From: Vicugna vicugna
Lineage: Eukaryota
Reading direction: 5' to 3'
Assembly: GCA_013265495.1 (NCBI GenBank)
Contig: MU058824.1
Coordinates: forward strand, 62,001-126,000
Length of the DNA stretch: 64,000 nt
Position 1 is the stretch's first letter. Each line of letters begins with the position of its first letter. The position numbers and the translations under genes are program-made. The notes beneath the pieces were generated by a model, which was not told the DNA's origin, did no database searches, and saw only the letters and a list, made by a program, of their open reading frames with translations. This document shows, piece after piece, positions 13,809 through 25,620 of this stretch.

Positions 13809-14216
13809 CTGGAATATTACCACGCGGAATTTGTTTTTCTTCATTATCTCCTCTTGCTTGGCTTCAACTTTTTTAACATGAGTTTGCTGCTTCTCCACAC
13901 GGGCCTTCACGTCTTTAATGTGAGCACTGACTTTTCGGGTTTTCTCAAACAACTTGTTAATGACATAGCCCGTGTTGCTGTGTGACTGTGAGAACTTCAG
14001 CAGGTCGATCTGGACGGACTTTATGGCATTTTCCATCTCCCTGTGTCTCTCTTCTATCCTCTTTTGGCTTGCCTGCACGCTGTCCACGATGGCAGCTACT
14101 TTGTCCAGCACAGTCACAATGGTAAGAGCGGCGTCTTGGTCTTCATCTTCTGTGACACCCGACAGGCGATTCTGGTGGATCTTATCAGTATTTGAAGCAG
14201 ACCCATTATGTTCCAT
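13809..14216 (-). CDS. CAVIN4: CAVIN4 (MURC, caveolae-associated protein 4) coding exon 1, aa 1-136, HR1 coiled coil
   Basis: [19 protein letters not shown]...[11 protein letters not shown] is recognisable cavin-4; Kozak AAAATGG; donor CAG|GTAAGC at 13809/13808; 408 nt, phase 0. Confidence 0.97.
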
Positions 14217-14500
14217 TTTAGTTATTTTTCAGTGAAAGATGTCTTACCACAATCAATTCTGGCACTAAGAGCAAAAAGTTAGCTTGATAACAGGCAACTG
14301 GGTTGTTTAAAGGGTTGGAAACCCCACCCCTGGAGACTGGTCAAGTATTTGTAACTACAAATACCCAGACGTGACTGTTCTGCAATATGAACCCTTGCAA
14401 AGCACTGGGTGCTGTTCCAAACATGCTTACTGACTGACTAAGGGGCTCAAATAAGACTGTGTGGGTAGAAGAGGAAAGCTTTTAAAATAAAGTTCCCTAA
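14217..14500 (-). promoter_or_regulatory. CAVIN4: CAVIN4 5' leader and proximal promoter (inferred)
   Basis: Only space between the TMEFF1 3' end and the CAVIN4 ATG; GATA 14285-90, E-box CAACTG 14295-300, TTTAAA 14306-11, CACCC box 14321-30; TSS not determinable. Confidence 0.5.
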
Positions 14501-14759
14501 AACCACCAATGTTACTAATAATGCGACAAGAAGCCAAATAACAAAAAAAGCAAATTCCAAACGCTGGGTGAAGCTTTTGCCTTTGGACAATTTCAAGCAG
14601 TATTCGTAAAAGCAAATGGGAATTTTGAACTGAAGCCTGCTTTTTCTATTAGTTTCACACATTGAATGTACTGATGTATCAATACCAAAGAATGCAGTAA
14701 ATAAACACACCAAAGCAGAGGCCATATAGTGAAAACATTATATTATAACATGCTTTTCC

Positions 14760-15759
14760 AAACCAAATATTAAAATTAATATTTAATTTTGAACATATTT
14801 TTAAATTCTACATGCATACTTCTGAATATCTAAACTACATGTTAAACAGCTGAATACGTTCTATTCACACTTTAGATCTTTAAACACCAACAATCTATTA
14901 ATACAGCTATTACTACAGGACAAATTTGGATAGAGGTCTTAGATGATTTTTAAGCTCACTTGAAGAGCACCAATCATTAACAACTATTTTTGCATTTTAT
15001 TCACAAACACTGATACAATTGGTTTATTTATGTTAAAACAAGTATTTTCTTTAAAAATGAGTGTGTATTAAGGTAGTTTAAATGACAGAATAGGCTTTAT
15101 TCCAATCTGTTTGTTAAACAGACTATTTTCACAACAACTAAATCTACTTCTCAGTAATCTGTTCCATCATTGCTACCAGAAACTTTTTTTTAATTAATTC
15201 AGGATTTTTTTCCTCAAAGAGAGAAATGGTCAAATTCCAGTCCATACATCATAAATATTTTACATCTAACACACACAGCTTTACAGTTCATGCGATAGGC
15301 AGTGTCTAAAAAATCAGTTAATAAATCTCAAAAACATTTAAATGTCTAAACACAGTGTCTTCTAGATTTTATTTTGTAAGAAAAGTAATCTGTAAACATC
15401 TTTACCTTTAGTTCATGCTTGGTTATTTGCTGTGGTCATTGTGGAAGAAGTGGGTATGACTTTATAACCATTTGTGAAGTGGTCCGTCTTTGCAAAAATA
15501 TTACATTCCATGGGTAAAGAACAAGTCTTAGAATTACCATGTGGTACAAATTTGTGAAATCGGTTTCTGTATTTAAAAACATAAAACAAAGACTACTAAA
15601 CAGTCCAAAACTGTTGTAGCTGAATATTCTAAATACGAGCCAACAGCACTACACCAAAAATGTTCAAAAATAAGGCCTCTGAAATAAATATTTCCATTCT
15701 TTAAAAAAAGACATAATAAATGTACATCACATGGTCAGTGTACATATAAAATCATCAGT
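14760..15759 (-). other. TMEFF1: TMEFF1 3' UTR (end approximate)
   Basis: AU-rich, no obvious repeats, follows the stop; minus-strand AATAAA at 15368-73, 15096-101, 15023-28, 14996-15001; ATTAAA at 14782-87. Confidence 0.7.
14782..14787 (-). terminator. Candidate distal poly(A) signal (ATTAAA) of TMEFF1
   Basis: Followed on the minus strand by U/GU-rich sequence (TTTGGTGTGTTTATTT near 14700-14715). Confidence 0.5.
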
Positions 15760-15844
15760 TTAAACCATTCTGGATGACGTATCTGAAGTAAAATGACCTA
15801 GGTTTTGCTTCTGTCGTCGTCCTCTATTGTTTTTAGGGCATTTT
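15760..15844 (-). CDS. TMEFF1: TMEFF1 last coding exon (exon 10), cytoplasmic tail
   Basis: ttttcctaatag|AAAATGC; RKCPKNNRGRRQKQNLGHFTSDTSSRMV*; TAA at 15762-15760. Confidence 0.95.
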
Positions 15845-18800
15845 CTATTAGGAAAAAAAAAAGAAAAATGTTGTTTAGGATATATATATATATATTTCCA
15901 AAGTAATGCACACTTCACACACGGCACAGGTGATCACATGACAGGTGAACAGATGCTATCTGATGACAGACCAGCATGTCAGACTGCCCTCTTCCCTACA
16001 AGCTGGGAGGGGAGAGCGTTAGATATATGATATATCTAACAGGTATGAACACAAACAAAACACTCCCAGGGTCTCCCCTGCTGCATATGTACCCGAGAGA
16101 GATCCCCACCCTTCTGGTCTGGCAACTCCCAAGCCACAGTGACTGCTAACATGTAAACTTGTGACTGTGACGGCAGAAAGGATCCCGGACTCTGTACTCT
16201 CCCTAGGCATGATGACCACCCCGAAATGACAAGGACAGCTTAGCCGAAGGAGACATCAGGAAGAAATGTGCTTATCAACCACAGATCTGAATACACAGGA
16301 AATGCCTAGTGACTTAGACAATGACTCAGAGAAGTCGTTCCACACCCTGCTTGGGCAAACCCTAGACCCCGGGACAGAACTGCCATGCTGGGGATCAGGG
16401 ATATTCCTCCACTCTGCTCTCACTGTACCGCACACACTTCTCCAGGGTGGTATAAAGCTCACCGGGCCGCAATTGCTCTTGTACCTGCCCACTGGCATGC
16501 AAACATACTAGCTCTCATAGGCACAAAAAGCATATTCTATGCGATGTGGAATAAAGGGACTGGGATGCATTCCAGTTAATTCTGAGTTAACTAACTCTGC
16601 CAGAAACTAGCTATACAGCCTCCTTTTCCTATAAGCAAAATATTAAGAGTTGGGCTAACTGCCAGCAAGGAGTGTATAATCTAATGGGAAGAAAGCCTTG
16701 AGACAGTAAGTACTCCTAAAGTCCCAAGTTTTTATTCAATTTCAAAGAGCACTACTTTTTCTTGACTTAAGAGCTTTGCTGGTAACACTTCCATTTACAT
16801 ACTGCTCTTCACAAATTTATCTTACTCATCCTCGTAAAAACATTTTGAGGTAGACAGTGCTGGAATCATCTCCATTTCATAAATGGGGACACTGGTTGAG
16901 AGGTCAAGCAACCCTCTTTAACTGTCACTAACTCACCATGACAGGGGACTAATTCCCATCCTGGGGCCATCGTTTTTCTCGTCTGTATAATAAAGAGGGT
17001 TGGGATAGGATGATGTTCAACATGAAAGAAGATTCCAAGCATCAAGTTTACTCATGCAGTCTTGATAAGTGGGTCAGTGGGAAGATTCCTGACATGTAAC
17101 AGCCACCAGAGAAGAAGTGAACAGCTGTCCCATAATGGACTGTGTGGGAGAGGCACTCCTTAAAAATTCAGTGGAGCAAAGTCCAAGTACATAATTATAA
17201 TATTCTAAATCTAAGGCAGCAAGACATTCTAGGGGAGAAAACAGTACAATAAAGAGGCCTCAGGGAGAAAGCTGTGATAAATTCAATGAGATGGCCCTTC
17301 AGTCATTAAGACGGTGGGCAACGAAGACACTATAATACAGTTAAAAGCAAACCTACTGAGATGCCTACGTGTCTGTGAAGGCAGCACATGGATTTGGGTA
17401 TAAATTGGAGGGTACTAACTTGAAAACTACCTGCCAGGTAATTTTAATGTAGTAGTTGAGGATTACAGCACAGTGAGAATCAAAGCAGAGTGCTAGACAT
17501 AAGGCTGGATAAGATTTGTAAAGGGCATCACTATCTCTGTGATCCTGGGTAAGGTACTTCCCACCCCAGGACTCCGGTATCCTCACTTCTCTAGAATGAA
17601 GGGGTTCAACTCAGAGTAACTTCCTGCTGACTCTAATATCCTTTGATCTTAAAGACAGCACTATCACTGGGCCTCAAAATCTCCCCTTATTATCTAATTT
17701 CTTTCTTTCACCTTCCAAATCAATTTTACTCCACTCCTGCTTTACTCTAATTACGTCCTAAATGATCTCCCCCAACCTCATTCTCTCTCCTCCAGTGAAT
17801 TTTTCAGACGACACTTAGATTAACGCTCTGGAAAAACGGATCATACCAAACCCGTCCTCTGTTCAAAAAACCCTGAACTGCTACAAAATCAAGTTTGAAC
17901 CTTGCTCCCAGGCAATGGTCACAATTGGCAAGTATACTTCCCAAGATGACTCAACATGGGCCCTCCTCTTGATGGTTCAGTGGAAAGAGGAGTGGTGCAG
18001 GAATCACCGAATCCACATCCAGGCACTTTCACTTACTAGCCGGATGACCACAGGCAAATCGTGTAACCTCTGAGCCAATCTTAAATACCCACAGGCAGCT
18101 CTGCTGTTACTTTTTTTTTTCCATCTTCTCTTTCTGCTGTCATTACTTTTTATAACATTATGTCCCTCCTTTAATCTACTGCTCAATTTTATACTCAGCA
18201 GTCTTGCCTAAGGGCAGATCATCTGTTCTATAGAATGAAGCTCACTGGCTTTAGCATCTAAATTTTATGAAAAATATCTGTTACTCAGAAAACATTTTTT
18301 CAATCATTTTTAGATTTATCATTTCAACTCCAGATGGCTGAGACCACTGAAGATCTGGCTTCCATCCAGACCTCAGAGAAGAGCCATAAATCCATGATGG
18401 CCTGCCAATATCTGCACTTGGTATGTTCCAATCCTCTGCACAGAATAATGCAGAGGAGTACAGAGATATGTCCATAGGACTTCTGAACTAAACCTTCAAG
18501 GAGGTAGGTCGAGGCAAGCAAGAAGAAAAGACATCAGACTGGGGAGCATAAAGACAACATGAACTTAATCTGCTTTGACTTCTCTAGGTCCAGGTCAGTT
18601 CTGACTTACACATTTCCACTTAACCTGGAAAACGCCCATTCCAGGCCAACTGCACTCTAAATGTACCCTTTAATTTTGAGTTTAGTTATGATACACTCCA
18701 ATGGTTTTAGTTATGATAGAGAATTTTAAAGCTTATAACTTATTACTGTATTCCTGAAAATGAAGTAATGTTAAAGACAACAATATAAGAAAAGTAGTTT

Positions 18801-19246
18801 TCTTTATTTCTTTCTTTCTTATTGCATTTACTGATGGGTAAAGTATATTCTTAGGGCATAAAACTCAATCTGCAAGACTTCAGTTTCTGCACAGTTCTTC
18901 TGCGTATGGGCAGACTTCTGCTGCCATCATTGTCCCTGAGTGTCCCAGAACTGGCACACAGTTCTAAGACCTCAAAATTCCTTTATGCCACTGAAAATTC
19001 TCACGCTCCTTCTGCCTGCAGCTCAGATCTACCAGTAACCCTGGCAATGAGCTCTTGACCAAATTCTAAAGCAGCAAGACAGGGAGAGGTCAGACCCACA
19101 TGGAAACCTTAGTGAACCTACCCTAGGATTTCTTCCTGATCGACTGGCAGACGTGAAGTCCTGTCATTTTAAGTGCTTCAAGACTCTTTGATTTAACAGC
19201 CACCCACCTCTGCGTGAGAGCTGGTGTTCCTTAGGCCGTTACCCAC

Positions 19247-19405
19247 CTTGTTATGCACATGACAATGGCTACTATAATGGCAATCTGCACGGCTCCAATA
19301 ATTGCTGCGATGAGAACATGAGTGAGCTTTTGCCTACTTGGCACCACGTAGAGAATACTAAAGTCCGTCTTTTCACAGTGCTGTCCAGTATAACCAGATT
19401 CACAC
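19247..19405 (-). CDS. TMEFF1: TMEFF1 exon 9, end of EGF-like domain and transmembrane helix
   Basis: cccttttcag|GTGT...CAAG|gtgggt; RCESGYTGQHCEKTDFSILYVVPSRQKLTHVLIAAIIGAVQIAIIVAIVMCIT; 159 nt, phase 2-2. Confidence 0.96.
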
Positions 19406-20399
19406 CTGAAAAGGGAAAAAAGAAAGGGATTCCTATGAGAATTACAGATGCCAATAATTCCAGGTTTTAAAATTAAAATATACAGAAGAATGATACACTT
19501 AAGCAATGGCAAATCAGGCACTCTCCCACTATCCAAAAAAAAAAAATTGCCATTATTGGATTTCCTTACAGCCTTGTTGGTATGTCTGTTTTACACGGTG
19601 CTTCTCTCACCCTCACTGCTTTCATCACTATAGCACATCTCAAAGCTGCCAAGCAGCCTTTATTACTGCCATTTGAAAACAGATACATAGTATTCCACTG
19701 AGTGGCTAGAATACAGCTACCTTATCTGTTCTTTACTCTAAAACATACCAGTTATTTTCATGCATCACAATCATGAATTAGGTGTGTTGGATATTATGAT
19801 GAATGTGCACTTTTCTATACTTACCATTATTCCTTGGGTTAGATACTTAGAAATGGGAGTACTGAATAAACCGATATAACATTCACAGTTCTCTGAACGT
19901 AACATCAAATTACATTCAAGACACTTTTCAGTGTGTAAAACACAATCATTCAAGATGCAGGGAGAGATGAAAATAAGTTATTAATGACAGAAACAGAGCC
20001 AAGCAGTCAAGTAGGTGCTAATCTTGGAAGTTATCTGAATTCCAATTAAAAGTAAATAAAAAGGCAACAACATTAGCTGATGATAATACTGTGACAGGGG
20101 TAAACATTTAACAGAAAATTCACATTTTTCAGTTGGCAGAAGTGAAATGTGTAAATTAGCCAGACTTCAGTTAGAACTGATTAATAAAACATCTGAAGAG
20201 AATATTTATTAATGTCCCACATTTCATTACAAAAAATAATTTTTAATAAAGCACACATAACAACAAAGAAACCTAGAAGCAGGGAAACAGGGGGCAGCCA
20301 GGGGAGATGTGAGCACCCCCCATCCCATCCCTGAGGTTCCTAGCTACCTGCCAGAAGGTTTCACACTGGGTTCTAAGATTCTAAGAAGACAGAAAAAAA

Positions 20400-21640
20400 A
20401 TAGTAAGGTAGATATACAGATCACAGAACACAACTGAGAGCCCAGAAATACACCCATACATCTATGATTGACTGATTTTGGACAAGGGTGCTAAGACAAT
20501 CTGACGGGAAAAGAAGAGTCTCCTCAACAACTGGACATCCACATACAAAAAATGAAGTTGGACCTCTTCCTCACAACATAGACAAAAATTAACTCAAATG
20601 GATCAGAGATCTGAATGTAAAACTTTGGGGAAAATAAAGAAAGTAAATATTCATGACCTTAAATGAGGCTATGATTTCTTGATATGACATCAAAAGCACA
20701 AGCAACAACAACAACAAAAAAGTTAAATTGGGCTAAATCAAAATTAAATCTTCCATACATAAGGACACTATCAAGAAAGTAAAAGGATAACCCACAGGAG
20801 ATAATTTTTGCAAATTATGTATCTGATAAGAGAAGTGTACCTAGAATATACAAAAAAAAAATTACAACTCATTAATAAAAAGAAAAAAAATTACAAAATA
20901 AGCAAAAGATATGAGCAGACATTTCTCCAAACATGATAAGATAAATGATGAATAAGTATTAACATCACTAGTCATCATAGAAACACTGATATCAAAACCA
21001 TAGTAAGATACTTCATACCCACTAGTTTGGCTAGAATCAGAGTCAGATAATAACAAGTGTTAGCAAGGATACTGTACAGAATACAAAATGATGCAGCCAC
21101 TTTTGAAAACAATCTGTTAGTTTCTCAAAAAGTTAAACATAGAATTAGCATTTGGCCCAGCAATTCCACTCCTAGGCATTTACCTAAGTGAAATTAAAAC
21201 AGAAGTCCACACAAAAACTTGCATACAATTATTCAGGGCAGCATAATGCATAATAGCCAAAAAGTGGAAATAATCCAAACACTTGTCAACTTAAGTGGAT
21301 TAAAAAAATGTGGTATTATCCATCCAATGAAATATTATTCAGCCACAAAAAGGAACAAAATATCAATACATGCCACAACATGGATAAACCTTGGAAACAT
21401 TATGCAAAGTGAGAGAAGACAGACACAGAAGACCACATATTACATGAATCCACTTAACTGAAATGCCCAGAGTAGATAAATCTGCAGAGATCGAACAGAC
21501 TGTCAATTGTCTAAGGCTGAGGAGGATGGAGAGATCTGGGAGTAATACCTAAAGGGGCCAGAGTTTCTTCTTGGGGTGATGAAATGTTGTAACATTGACT
21601 GTGGTGACTGCACAACTCTCTGACTACACTAAAAACCATT
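20400..21640 (+). mobile_element. L1 3' fragment (ORF2 end + 3' UTR, L1MA/MB-like), degenerate
   Basis: Typical L1 motifs (CCCAGCAATTCCACTCCTAGG, ATGGATAAACCTTGGAAACATTATGC); many stops. Confidence 0.85.
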
Positions 21641-21767
21641 GCATGAAAGAAAGAAAAGGAAAGGGAATGGGAAGGAAAAGAAAGGAAAAGAGATAAGATC
21701 ACTGATACAAAACACAATCTCCACAAAATAAAGTCGAACCAGTTGTTTAACAAGAATCACAGTTACT

Positions 21768-23070
21768 GGACAGCTACACGTAAAAGAATGAGATTAGAAC
21801 ATTTCCTCATACCATATACAAAAATAAACTTGAAATGGATTAAGCCTAAATATAAGACCTGAAACCATATAACTCCTTTAAGAGAACATAGGCAGAACAC
21901 ACTTTGACATAAATCGTAGCAATGTTTTTTTGGATCTGTCTCCTAAGGCAAAAGAAATAAAAGCAAAAATAAACAAATGATTGACCTAGTTAAACTTCAA
22001 AGCTTTTATACAGCAAAGGAAACCACTGACAATACGAAAAGACAGCCTACTGAATGGGAGAAAATATTTGCAAATGATGTGACCGATAAGAGGTTAACAT
22101 CCAAAATATAAAAAACAGCTCATACACCCCAGTATCAAAAAAAAAAAAAATTCAAAAGATAAAAATAGGCAAAAGACCTGAATAGATATTTTTCCAAAGA
22201 AGACACAGAGATGGCTAACAGGCACATAAAAAGATGCTCAATATCGCTATTTATAGCAAAATGCAAATCCAAACAATGAGATAACATCTCACACCTGTCA
22301 GAATAGTCATCATCAAAAAGTCTACAAAAAACAAACGTTGGTGATGATGTGGAGAAAAGGGAACCCTTGTACACTGTTGGTGGGAATGTAATTTGGTGCA
22401 GTCATTATGGAAAATGGTATGGAGGTTCCTCAAAAAACCAAAAATAGCACTACCATCTGATCCAGCAATCCTACTTCTGGGTATATATATATGGAAAAAA
22501 ATGAAACAGTAATTTGAAAAGATACGTGCACCCCAATGTTCATAGCAGCACTATTTATAATAGCCAAGATATGGAAGCAATCCAGATGTCCAACAACAGA
22601 CAAAAGGATAGAGAATATGTGGTATATACACATACAATGGAATATTCCTCAGCCATAAAAAAGAATGAAATTCTGCCATTTGCAGCTACATGGATGGACA
22701 CAGAGAATATTATGCTTAGTGAAGTAAGTCAGAGAAAGACAAATACTGTATGTTATTTATATGTGAAATCTAAAAAAACCAAAACTAGTGAATACAACAA
22801 AAAAAAAAGACTTAGATACAAAAAATAGACTAGTGAATACCAGTAGGGAGAGAGAAGAAGGGAGGGACAAATTAGGAGTAGGGGATTAAGAGACAGAGAC
22901 TACTATATATAAAATAGATAAGTAACAAGGGTATATTGTACAGCACAGGGAATTATTTTGTAATAACTTTTAATGGAGCATAATCTATAAAAAAATACAA
23001 AATCATTATGCTATATAACTAAAACTTACATAATAGTGTAAATCAATTAGACTCCAATCAAAACAAAAAA
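21768..23070 (+). mobile_element. Younger 5'-truncated L1 (~1.3 kb)
   Basis: ORF2 C-terminal remnant (EYSSAIKKNEILPFAATWMD), A tail, 16-bp TSD at 21752-67 and 23071-86. Confidence 0.9.
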
Positions 23071-23589
23071 AAGAATCATGGTTACTACTGTTACTAAGTT
23101 TAAGTGAACTGTATCTCACTGGCTCTCATTTAAACAGCACACCTTCTGATACAGAGATCATCCTCAACAATACAGCTGCAATAAATTCAATAATGAAGTC
23201 TCATAGGATTTTGAAAATCATCTCTTTCACGGTAGGCTAATGGCCAAAAGGCACAGCTCAGTGAAATAAAAACAGTTCCACAGGGAGCTATAACAATGCC
23301 CTAGATACGCAGTTCTCTGATGGTACAGCTTAATCCAAAAGATTAAAAACCAGAGTATCAGAAAGAATGTATAGACCATATATCATTCAGGCAATCCTCC
23401 CTGGACATTATTTTCTACACCCGACTTTTGGGTTATACTCTCCAAATACCTGGAGTATTAACTTCTCGGTTAGCGCTACTTCTTCTGTTACTGATTAAAG
23501 GCGGTCTAGGCATTTACTCCTCTAGTGTCTAATTCTTTCACCCCGACACCCTCCATAATAATCTCATTCACTCTCAAGGCCTCATGTGC

Positions 23590-25620
23590 TGATTCACTCA
23601 CTCATCCATTTAGCGTGTCTACTGAGCAACTGACATGTGCCAAGTCCTGCAGTGGGCATTTGGAATACATCAGTGAACAAAAAGATCTGTGGTCTACATA
23701 AAGATCTGTGGTCTGCTTACCCTCTAGTCAGCGAGGGAGGTTCAGTAAACACAATAAGCAAATTAAATGGTTATGTTAGAATGTGATATGTGCTACACAA
23801 AGAGAAGAGAGGGAATTAAGGGATATTATGAGTGCCCAGAGTGGGTCAAGGAGGGAGGGCTGCAACTTTAAGTAAGGTGGCCAAGGTGGGCTTCAGTAGG
23901 GTGACATGTGAGGAAAGATGTGAAGGAGGTCAGGGAGTTTGCCATACGGACAAGTGGGAGGAGAGCATAACAGGCAAAGGAAGGGTCAGTGCAAAGGCCC
24001 TGAGGTGGAAGCACAAGTGCACGGCCTGTTCAAGGAACAGAAAGTGTAGCTGCAGTGCAGAAGCCAAAGGGAAGCAGGGGACCAAGACTGAGAGGTGAAG
24101 GGGCCCGGGGCCCCACTGTGTTGGGCTCCTGCACTCAGCCAGATGGAGGAGTCGCTGGAAGGGCTTTAGCACAGGAAGGACGTGAACTGACTTCCATGTT
24201 AAAAGTCTCACTCTGGCTGCTATGTGAATACGGACTGTAGGATACAATCAGGAAGGCTACTGCAGTAAAGCCAGGGAGAAAAAATGGTGGCCTTGACTGG
24301 GAATAGCAGTGAGAATGGTGAGAATCAAATTCTGGATGTATTCTCAAAGAGAGCTAACAGGATTCCTCAACTGACTAACTATGGAGTATGAGAGAGGGAG
24401 AGAGGTCAAAGAGTTATCAGAGGTGTTTTGTCTGAACAAATACAAAGATGGAGTTGGCATCAACAGAGATGGAGAAGTTAGAGGTGGAACAGGTTTAGGG
24501 GAGGGGAGGCAGATTAGGACATCAGCTCAGGTCCTGCTGAGCTTGAGGTGTCACGTGAAAACGGCAAGGAGGGAGAGGGACCTAGAGTTCCACGCTGCAG
24601 AGGGAGGTCTGGGAGTCATCAGCATAGGTCATGGAGAGCCCCAAGGGTGGACAGAACCACTAAGGAAAAGGACCAGGACTGGACCCTGGTGGCATGCCGA
24701 CTCTGAGAGATCATGAAGCAAGAGGATCCAGGCAAGAAGACTGAAAGAATGGCCAGTGACGTAGGAGAAAATTGAGAGTGTAACCCCTGAAGCCAGGTGA
24801 AGAATGCCTATCACACAGGAGGTCAGAGGCTACTGATCGTTCACAAGTAGTTTAAGCCTAAGAACTGACTAACGGATTGAGCAACAAGAACAGTCTCAGT
24901 GAGGTGCTGGGGGCAAAGCTTATTGGGGTGGATACATGAGAGATGGGAAGTGAGAGACTGGAGACAGACTGCAGAACTGTTTCCAGTTCTTCTACAAAGA
25001 AAAGGAAAGAAATAGGACAGCAGCTGGTACAAGTGAGAATGAGTCACATCTCTTGTTTCAATATAAAAGAAATAAAAATACACATATACAAAGATATATG
25101 ATTTGGAGAAAGGGTGGGAATTGCTGGAATTGGTAGTAAAAGGTCTGCGGATGTTCTCTTCATCCACAATTCAATTTCCTGTGACCCTGGAAACAAGGTC
25201 ATTAGTTGAGAGGAGCTCCTGACAGTCTGAACAGAGGAGGGGACGATATAATGCAGTCACCTCAGAGAGGAGGAAGAATGGACCACAGGTATAGAATGAC
25301 TGCCTGGCAGCATGGAGGGCCCACCGAGTAAAGGGCAGAGAGACCAGTTAACCTGTTGGTGTGCTTTTCAACACAGCCTGTTCAGCTGGACAGGTGAAGG
25401 CATGCAGCAGGTGGGAACCTGCAATGAACCAGGATTCTAGTTTTGTCAGGTGAGTATGATGAAGCAAGAGAGGGACTACTGGATTGACCATGGAATTTAA
25501 GGTGGGTAAGGAGGTGAAGGGGGATGAGAGGATGAATAAACTGGAGGCCTAGTGGGATGGAAGGACTTCTGGGTAGGAATGAGAAAGGATATGCTAGAGA
25601 TGGAGTGATTCCCAAACATA
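23590..25620 (-). mobile_element. L2 remnant (~2 kb)
   Basis: TTCACTCACTCATCCATT end; TCACTCTGGCTGCT and ATTCTGGATGTATT motifs. Confidence 0.7.

Noticed and set aside
13972..14235. 87-aa plus-strand ORF
   Set aside because: Antisense shadow of CAVIN4 exon 1
14217..14264. In-frame TMEFF1-CAVIN4 fusion protein through the leader acceptor
   Set aside because: TGA lies in the CAVIN4 frame shortly after either AG, and the exon 9 phase also hits a stop
22135..22828. Cluster of ORFs on both strands
   Set aside because: Frameshifted L1 ORF2 remnants and their antisense frames
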